Below, in pieces: positions 25,389 through 32,000 of a DNA stretch of 32,000 nt (its first letter is position 1; the number at the start of each line of letters is the position of its first letter). A program made the position numbers and the translations under genes. Source of the stretch: Polynucleobacter necessarius (GTDB taxonomy: Bacteria > Pseudomonadota > Gammaproteobacteria > Burkholderiales > Burkholderiaceae); NCBI RefSeq assembly GCF_900095195.1, contig NZ_LT606950.1, positions 1,251,946 to 1,283,945 of the forward strand, read 5' to 3'. The notes under the pieces were generated by a model that was not told the DNA's origin, did no database searches, and saw only the letters and a list, made by a program, of their open reading frames with translations.

Positions 25389-26573
25389 TTACGGCTCGAT
25401 ACCCAACTCAAGAGCAACAGCAGCACAGTTCTGGCGAGCTTCATTTAATGCCTCGCCCAAACAATTGATATGCCCCATCTTTCTACCGATACGTGGGGCA
25501 GCCTTACCATAAAGATGCAACTTCGCGTCGGGGTGCGCAAGGACTTTATCCCAGGCAGGCTCTCTTGCTTGATCCGAATTTCCTTCAAACCACAAATCAC
25601 CCAATAAATTGAGCATGGATACTGGCGCCAATTGACGTGTATCACCCAATGGTAGTCGCGCCATCGCTCTAACCTGCTGCTCAAATTGACTACTCACACA
25701 TGCATCCATAGTGTAGTGGCCTGAGTTATGGGGGCGTGGAGCGATTTCATTTGCAACAATGTCACCATTTTTTAAAACAAAGAATTCTACGCACAGCACC
25801 CCTACGTAATCAATCTTGCGAATTAGCGCTTTAGCAGCCTCAATAATTTTCTTTTCTTGTGCTGGTTTTAAGGACGGAGCCGGAACTGTCGAGGTATGCA
25901 AAATACCATCGCGATGGATATTTTGAGAAACAGGGTAAGCCACCACGGCATCGTCATAACCACGAACCACTAATGCAGAAACCTCAAAATCTAATTCCAT
26001 GCGCTTCTCTAAAACACAGGGAACCTTGCCCAGCTCAGCCCAAGCGGCAGGGAGATCGGTCGCTGCCTGCACAGTAATTTGGCCTTTACCGTCATAGCCC
26101 AAACGGGCGGTTTTCAAAATCCCCGGAAAAAGATCCACGAGCACATGACTGATATCGGCGTCATGCGCAATTACAAAATTTGGAGCAGGGCTAATATTGG
26201 TTTCCGATTTCCAAGTTGCCAGAAAGTTTTTTTCAGCAATCCGATCTTGCGCCAAAGAAACACAGCCACTTCGTGGCGCAATAAAAACACCCAGAGACTT
26301 TAACTCGTCTAAAGCTTGTGCTGGAACATTTTCAAATTCGGTACTTACAGAAGCACATAGTGCGGCCATTTCTTTTAAGGCAACGAAGTCTGTGTAATCC
26401 GCCTGAATACATTTCTCCGCTATTGAACCTGCCGGACTATCCGGACTCGGATCCAAGACGCATACCTTATAGCCCATCGCTTGAGCAGCTTGGGTAAACA
26501 TTCGACCCAACTGACCACCACCCAATATTCCTAAATACGAACCCGGCAAGATGGGTCCCATGCGCTCTGCCAT
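25389..26573 (-). CDS. purK: 5-(carboxyamino)imidazole ribonucleotide synthase
   Basis: 394 aa with ATP-grasp features: LGILGGGQLGRMF N-terminus, LKTARLGYDGKGQ, PRPHNSGHYT. Confidence 0.95.
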   Translation of the reverse strand: MAERMGPILPGSYLGILGGGQLGRMFTQAAQAMGYKVCVLDPSPDSPAGSIAEKCIQADYTDFVALKEMAALCASVSTEFENVPAQALDELKSLGVFIAPRSGCVSLAQDRIAEKNFLATWKSETNISPAPNFVIAHDADISHVLVDLFPGILKTARLGYDGKGQITVQAATDLPAAWAELGKVPCVLEKRMELDFEVSALVVRGYDDAVVAYPVSQNIHRDGILHTSTVPAPSLKPAQEKKIIEAAKALIRKIDYVGVLCVEFFVLKNGDIVANEIAPRPHNSGHYTMDACVSSQFEQQVRAMARLPLGDTRQLAPVSMLNLLGDLWFEGNSDQAREPAWDKVLAHPDAKLHLYGKAAPRIGRKMGHINCLGEALNEARQNCAAVALELGIEP

Positions 26574-26577
26574 GTAA

Positions 26578-27072
26578 TTAGTATCCCGGCAAATTCATTG
26601 ATCTGGCAGCATCGGATTGCTTCACGCGAAACGCTTCCAAACGTTTTGCCAAATCAGCATCGTGCAAAGCGAGACCGGCAATAACATGTAGAGCAGCATT
26701 TGCAGCGCCAGCCTCACCAATTGCGAATGTTGCAACTGGGGTTCCTTTTGGCATTTGGACAATGGAGTACAAAGAATCTTCGCCGCGCAAATATTTACTG
26801 GCCACAGGCACACCGTACACTGGCACAATTGTTTTAGAAGCCAACATACCTGGTAAATGTGCTGCACCACCTGCGCCGGCAATGATTGCTTGTAAGCCGT
26901 TTTTTTGAGCATTTTCTGCATACTGGAACATATCATCCGGCATGCGATGTGCAGAGAGAACTTTAGCTTCATGAGCAACCCCAAATTGCTCTAGCATTTG
27001 AGCAGCATGTTGCATGGTGTCCCAATCTGAATTGGAGCCCATCACTATTCCGACTATTGGTTTTTTGCTCAC
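26578..27072 (-). CDS. purE: 5-(carboxyamino)imidazole ribonucleotide mutase
   Basis: 164 aa with VGIVMGSNSDWDTM, SAHRMPD and AGGAAHLPGM motifs. Confidence 0.97.
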   Translation of the reverse strand: MSKKPIVGIVMGSNSDWDTMQHAAQMLEQFGVAHEAKVLSAHRMPDDMFQYAENAQKNGLQAIIAGAGGAAHLPGMLASKTIVPVYGVPVASKYLRGEDSLYSIVQMPKGTPVATFAIGEAGAANAALHVIAGLALHDADLAKRLEAFRVKQSDAARSMNLPGY

Positions 27073-27132
27073 TTGCTTCCCCGAATGTCCTAAATTGCTG
27101 CCACCACTATTAAGGCCTCTATTGTCCCCGAC

Positions 27133-28038
27133 TTACCCCTGTTTGGTCAGGCGGGCGAGGGCTTCGCGGTACTTTTGAGCAGTCTTTTCAACTACCTCGG
27201 CTGGCAATTGCGGTGCGGGGGCAGTCTTTGGCCACAATTTGCCATTTACCTCTGCAGTTTCCAACCAGTCCCGTACACACTGCTTGTCATAAGACGGTGG
27301 GTTGGAGCCAACATAATACGTTTCTGGTGGCCAAAAGCGCGAGGAGTCGGCGGTCAAAATTTCATCCATCAACACTAATTGACCGGCATTATCTAAACCG
27401 AATTCAAACTTCGTATCGGCAATAATGATCCCTCGGGTGGCCGCATACTCAGATGCCTCTTTGTACAAACGAATACTTACTTCACGAATTTGATTTGCTA
27501 ACTTCTCGCCAATAAGCTCAACAACTTTTTCAAAGGAAATATTTTCATCGTGCTCACCCACTGCTGCCTTAGCAGCAGGAGTAAAAATAGGCTCCGGTAG
27601 TTTTTGCGCATTTTCTAAGCCAGCAGGCAAGGCTATACCGCAAACTTTGCCGGTCTCTTTGTAATCTTTCCAGCCACTACCTGCCAAGTAACCGCGAACG
27701 ACTGCTTCCACCAAAATAGGCTTCAAGCGTTTTGCAACCACCGCGCGTCCTTTGACTTGATCCACTTCATTAGGCGCAACAACCGAGGCTGGATCAATGC
27801 CAGTCAAGTGATTCGGAATCACTTCGCCCAACTTATCAAACCAAAAATTGGCCATCTGGTTGAGAACAACCCCTTTTTCAGGAATCGACTCCCCCACGAC
27901 GACATCAAAGGCGGACAGACGATCGGTAGTGATCATTAATAATTTGTCATCACCTAACGCATAAACATCGCGCACTTTACCTTTTGAAAGTAACGGCAAA
28001 GACTGAATAGAAGTTGCGTATAAAGCAGGCATATTCAA
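27133..28038 (-). CDS. purC: phosphoribosylaminoimidazole-succinocarboxamide (SAICAR) synthase
   Basis: 301 aa with [15 protein letters not shown] and [10 protein letters not shown] motifs. Confidence 0.95.
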   Translation of the reverse strand: MNMPALYATSIQSLPLLSKGKVRDVYALGDDKLLMITTDRLSAFDVVVGESIPEKGVVLNQMANFWFDKLGEVIPNHLTGIDPASVVAPNEVDQVKGRAVVAKRLKPILVEAVVRGYLAGSGWKDYKETGKVCGIALPAGLENAQKLPEPIFTPAAKAAVGEHDENISFEKVVELIGEKLANQIREVSIRLYKEASEYAATRGIIIADTKFEFGLDNAGQLVLMDEILTADSSRFWPPETYYVGSNPPSYDKQCVRDWLETAEVNGKLWPKTAPAPQLPAEVVEKTAQKYREALARLTKQG

Positions 28039-28039
28039 A

Positions 28040-29104
28040 TCACTTCACAATCTGAGCTAACTTACCGCTCTTGTATAGCTCTGCCATTTTTTCTAATGGA
28101 ATGGGGGTAATTTTGGATGCTTGACCTGCCGATCCAAAAGCCTGGAACCGGGCAATACAGACTTTCTTGGCTGCCTCACGTGCTCGCTTTAGATAGTCAC
28201 GTGGATCAAACTTACTAGGATTCTCAAAGAGGTAACGACGGATAGCGCCCGTCATCGCAAAACGAATATCCGTATCAATGTTGATCTTACGCACACCATT
28301 CTTAATGCCCTCTTGAATTTCTTCTACGGGGACACCATAGGTTTCTTTCATATCACCACCGAATTCACGAATCTCAGCAAGCAACTCTTGTGGGACGCTG
28401 GAGGAACCGTGCATGACTAAATGAGTGTTTGGTATACGTGCATGAATTTCTCGAATACGATCGATCGCCAAAATATCGCCAGTTGGCTTCTTGGTGAACT
28501 TGTATGCACCATGACTGGTGCCAATTGCAATTGCTAAAGCATCACACTGGGTAGCTTTTACAAAATCAGCAGCTTGCTCTACATCGGTTAATAACTGTTC
28601 ACGCGTCATGGTGCCATCTGCTCCATGGCCATCCTCTTTATCGCCTTTCATGGTTTCAAGAGAACCTAATACGCCAAGCTCCGCTTCTACCGTAACGCCG
28701 ATTGAGTGAGAGAATTTAACAACCTCTCTAGACACATCGACGTTGTATTCATAGCTAGCTACCGACTTACCATCTGCCTCCAATGAGGCGTCCATCATCA
28801 CGCTAGTAAAGCCACTCTTGATCGCAGCCATACATACTGCAGGGCTTTGTCCATGGTCCTGATGCATCACTACAGAAATATGTGGATATGCTTCAACGGC
28901 AGCAGAAATTAAATGACGCAAGAATGCTTCTCCTGCATATTTCCGTGCCCCAGCAGACGCTTGCATGATGACTGGAGAATCCGCTTCATTGGCAGCCTCC
29001 ATAACAGCCGTCACTTGCTCTAAGTTATTGACATTAAATGCTGGCAAGCCATAGCCATTTTCAGCAGCGTGATCTAAGAGTTGTCGTAAAGATACCAAAG
29101 CCAT
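28040..29104 (-). CDS. fba: class II fructose-bisphosphate aldolase
   Basis: 354 aa from ATG 29104 ([30 protein letters not shown]), with DHG / MMDAS / HG.SS zinc-aldolase pattern. The ORF-track start 29203 would overlap the pyk 3' end and adds non-homologous residues. Confidence 0.93.
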   Translation of the reverse strand: MALVSLRQLLDHAAENGYGLPAFNVNNLEQVTAVMEAANEADSPVIMQASAGARKYAGEAFLRHLISAAVEAYPHISVVMHQDHGQSPAVCMAAIKSGFTSVMMDASLEADGKSVASYEYNVDVSREVVKFSHSIGVTVEAELGVLGSLETMKGDKEDGHGADGTMTREQLLTDVEQAADFVKATQCDALAIAIGTSHGAYKFTKKPTGDILAIDRIREIHARIPNTHLVMHGSSSVPQELLAEIREFGGDMKETYGVPVEEIQEGIKNGVRKINIDTDIRFAMTGAIRRYLFENPSKFDPRDYLKRAREAAKKVCIARFQAFGSAGQASKITPIPLEKMAELYKSGKLAQIVK

Positions 29105-29144
29105 AATGTTCTCTTTTTTGGGGTTAATGGTTAAATAGAAATCG

Positions 29145-30581
29145 TTATTTGACGTGAATAATCTTGAGGGTATTGGTGCCGCCGGGCTCACCCATCGGCT
29201 CACCAGATGTCAGGACGACTGTGTCGCCATTTTGAACTGCGCCTAATTTCTTTAAGCAAGCCTCAACTTCTTGTAATGCAGTGTCTCGATCTTTTGTGTA
29301 ATTCAAACCAATTGGGGTCACATTTCGATAGGTACTTAAAGCACGCTGCGTTGCAATCTTGGAGGTCAACGCAAAAATCGGCACATGAATGTTATGGCGA
29401 CTCATCCAAATAGCCGTTGACCCCGAATCTGTCAACGCTGTGATTGCATTAGCATTTAAATGGTGTGCAGTAAATAGGGCGCCCAATGCAATGGTTTGAT
29501 CAATGCGGGTAAATGTTTGATCCAAAAAGTCTGTATCCAACTCTACGCGACCTGATTTTTCAGCTTCGACACAAATCTCCGCCATCGCTTTAATTGTTTG
29601 CACCGGATACATACCAGCAGCAGATTCTGCGGAGAGCATGACAGCATCTGTACCATCTAATACTGCATTGGCTACATCACTAACCTCGGCACGTGTTGGC
29701 ACAGGCGCATTTATCATCGACTCCATCATTTGCGTTGCAGTGATAGTAAATTTGTCGGCCTCACGCGCCCACGCAATCATGCGCTTTTGTAATGCAGGTA
29801 CAGCCGCGTTACCCACTTCAATTGCTAAGTCACCGCGAGCAACCATAATGCCGTCACTTTCTGCAATGATACTTTTGAGTGCTTCTGGCTCAATTGCTTC
29901 AGCACGCTCAACTTTTGCAATTGTTCGCACTCGACCAACGCCATGTTTTGCACTGGCTGCATCGGCCAATTTACGAGCATAGGCCATATCCGCGCCATCT
30001 TTTGGAAAGCTAATGGCCAAGAAATCTACCCCCATCGCAATCGCCGCATCTAAATCTGCAATGTCCTTTTCAGTTAATGCAGGCGCGGTCAATCCACCAC
30101 CAGCGCGGTTAATCCCTTTATTGTTCGAAAGTGGGCCACCCTGCTCAACGATGGTAAAAATTTCGCCACCTTTAACGCTTTCGACTCGCAACACTACCAA
30201 GCCGTCATTTAGTAAAAGACGATCGCCAGATTTCACATCATTTGGCAACTCTTTATAGTCAAGGCCAACACGCTCCTGATTGCCCAACTCACAAGCAACG
30301 TCCAGGATAAATTTCTCGCCCTCCTTAAGAAGAATTTTGTTATCAATAAATTTTCCAACCCGAATTTTTGGGCCCTGCAAATCCGCCATGATGCCGACTT
30401 CTTTTCCGGCTTCCGCAGAAATGCTGCGTACTAAATCATGGCGAGCCTTATGGTCAGCAACCGTGCCATGTGAAAAATTCATTCTCACCACATCAACACC
30501 CGCGCGAATCATCTCACGTAAGACTTCTGGCTTCTCGGATGCGGGCCCTAAAGTTGCAATAATTTTGGTTGCTCTAAGCAT
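29145..30581 (-). CDS. pyk: pyruvate kinase
   Basis: 478 aa with [30 protein letters not shown] and ATQMMESM motifs. Confidence 0.95.
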   Translation of the reverse strand: MLRATKIIATLGPASEKPEVLREMIRAGVDVVRMNFSHGTVADHKARHDLVRSISAEAGKEVGIMADLQGPKIRVGKFIDNKILLKEGEKFILDVACELGNQERVGLDYKELPNDVKSGDRLLLNDGLVVLRVESVKGGEIFTIVEQGGPLSNNKGINRAGGGLTAPALTEKDIADLDAAIAMGVDFLAISFPKDGADMAYARKLADAASAKHGVGRVRTIAKVERAEAIEPEALKSIIAESDGIMVARGDLAIEVGNAAVPALQKRMIAWAREADKFTITATQMMESMINAPVPTRAEVSDVANAVLDGTDAVMLSAESAAGMYPVQTIKAMAEICVEAEKSGRVELDTDFLDQTFTRIDQTIALGALFTAHHLNANAITALTDSGSTAIWMSRHNIHVPIFALTSKIATQRALSTYRNVTPIGLNYTKDRDTALQEVEACLKKLGAVQNGDTVVLTSGEPMGEPGGTNTLKIIHVK

Positions 30582-30583
30582 AA

Positions 30584-31795
30584 TTAGTCTTTCGCGCGCT
30601 CAGCGAGAACCGCAAAGGCTGGCAAGGTTTTTCCTTCCAAAAATTCTAAGAAGGCACCGCCGCCAGTAGAGATGTAGTCAACTTGGTTTTCGATGCCATA
30701 TTTTGCAATTGCGGCTAAGGTATCGCCACCGCCAGCAATCGAGAATGCGGGCGAATGCGCAATGGCCGCTGCTAACATTTTGGTGCCACCGCCAAATTGA
30801 TCGATTTCAAATACACCCAGCGGGCCATTCCAAACAATCGTGCCGGCATGCGCGAGCATGATCGACAAACGTGCGGCAGTCTTCGGACCAATGTCCAAAA
30901 TCATGTCGTCTTCGGCTACTTGATCTGCTGGTACCCGGTTTGCACGTGCAAGAGGAGAAAGTTCATTCGCCACAACCACGTCTTCTGGAATCGGTACATG
31001 CGCGCCACGCTTTTCCATCAACTCCATAATCTCGCGCGCCTCGTTTACCAAATCAGGCTCTGCAAGTGACTTGCCAATTGGCAAACCTTTAGCCAACATA
31101 AACGTATTAGCAATTCCGCCACCAACAATTAATTCATCGACTTTCTCAGAAAGCGCTTTCAAAATAGTCAATTTAGAAGACACCTTTGAGCCAGCAACAA
31201 TCGCAACCAACGGACGTTTCGGACTTGCGAGTGCACGACTTAACGCATCCAACTCAGCCGCCATTAATGGACCAGCACAAGCTATCGGCGCAAATTTTGC
31301 AACACCATTTGTCGTTGCTTCAGCGCGGTGAGCTGTCCCGAACGCATCATTGACATAAACATCACAAAGAGCAGCAATCTTTTTTGCTAGCTCATCATTG
31401 TTTTTTTTCTCGCCGACATTCAAGCGGCAATTTTCTAAAAGAACAACTTCGCCAGGCTGAACCTCAAATCCACCATTCACCCAATCACTAATCAGCGGAA
31501 CTTTTCGATTTAGCAGGGCAGCAATACGATCTGCTACTGGAGCTAACGAATCTTCTAGCTTAAATTCATTCTCGGTAGGGCGGCCCAAATGCGAAGTCAC
31601 CATTACAGCTGCGCCGGCATCCAAACACATTTGAACGGCAGGCATGGATGCCCGAATTCGAGCGTCCTCAGTAATATTCCCAGCCTCATCCTGGGGGACA
31701 TTAAGGTCGGCACGGATGAAAACCCGCTTTCCCTTCAATTGACCTGATTGGGCGAGTTCACTTAAACGCTTAACTTTAAACAAGGATTCCGGCAT
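30584..31795 (-). CDS. pgk: phosphoglycerate kinase
   Basis: 403 aa with [22 protein letters not shown] and [14 protein letters not shown] motifs. Its stop lies 2 nt before the pyk start. Confidence 0.95.
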   Translation of the reverse strand: MPESLFKVKRLSELAQSGQLKGKRVFIRADLNVPQDEAGNITEDARIRASMPAVQMCLDAGAAVMVTSHLGRPTENEFKLEDSLAPVADRIAALLNRKVPLISDWVNGGFEVQPGEVVLLENCRLNVGEKKNNDELAKKIAALCDVYVNDAFGTAHRAEATTNGVAKFAPIACAGPLMAAELDALSRALASPKRPLVAIVAGSKVSSKLTILKALSEKVDELIVGGGIANTFMLAKGLPIGKSLAEPDLVNEAREIMELMEKRGAHVPIPEDVVVANELSPLARANRVPADQVAEDDMILDIGPKTAARLSIMLAHAGTIVWNGPLGVFEIDQFGGGTKMLAAAIAHSPAFSIAGGGDTLAAIAKYGIENQVDYISTGGGAFLEFLEGKTLPAFAVLAERAKD

Positions 31796-32000
31796 GACAG
31801 TGGCTAAATTTAGTGGTTTGTAAAGAATACTCTATTCTAAATCGTCCAGCCCTACCACCCCACAGGTCTGAGGCCTTAAACCGCTCCGCCTGCTCTACAA
31901 TAGAAATTTGGACGCTCAGTGACTCGAAACGCCTGTATCCGATGACCTGGCAACCTGATTAATCCGCTATTACAGATAGCTTATAGACACAAAAGGTAGA

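Noticed and set aside
29105-29203. N-terminal extension of the fba ORF (track start 29203) overlapping the 3' end of pyk
   Set aside because: The extra 33 residues ([16 protein letters not shown]...) have no aldolase homology and overlap pyk coding sequence. The canonical [13 protein letters not shown] start is at 29104.
31796-32000. Possible gene or RNA upstream of pgk
   Set aside because: There is no ORF of 60 aa or more, stops occur in all frames on both strands, and no tRNA-like or riboswitch-like structure was recognised. Left unannotated.

Overview
This is 32 kb of a moderately AT-rich betaproteobacterial chromosome of Burkholderiales type. Gene order and protein sequences look Polynucleobacter-like to me, but that is inference from memory and no search was run.

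Most of the window is ordinary, intact housekeeping:
- recG (partial), divergent from queA-tgt-yajC-secD-secF
- waaA-purB
- mnmA
- pntAA-pntAB-pntB
- groES-groEL
- a co-oriented pgk-pyk-fba-purC-purE-purK block

I recognised no rRNA, tRNA, CRISPR array, transposase, integrase or phage gene.

The unusual feature is that seven genes between 9.0 and 25.4 kb are visibly broken by in-frame stops, frameshifts or truncation:
- a YibF-like glutathione S-transferase
- a TPR/SPINDLY-type (GT41-like) glycosyltransferase
- a Bug-family periplasmic binding protein
- a possible degenerate EAL-domain protein
- a sensor kinase reduced to its periplasmic PBP-like domain plus TM helix
- PBP4/DacB lacking its N-terminal half
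- long-form Sua5/TsaC

An apparently intact BvgA/EvgA-like response regulator is left orphaned beside the kinase stub. groESL carries a CIRCE operator with one perfect and one degenerate arm. This pattern fits a lineage undergoing reductive genome evolution.

I do not see a convincing novel multi-gene system (defence, secretion or biosynthetic). The best follow-up targets are the decaying EAL-like/regulator/kinase module with its deletion scar, the AT-rich divergent pair of TPR-GT41 paralogs, the broken t6A gene, and the groESL control region. All lesions were found by manual translation. They need read-level and comparative confirmation.
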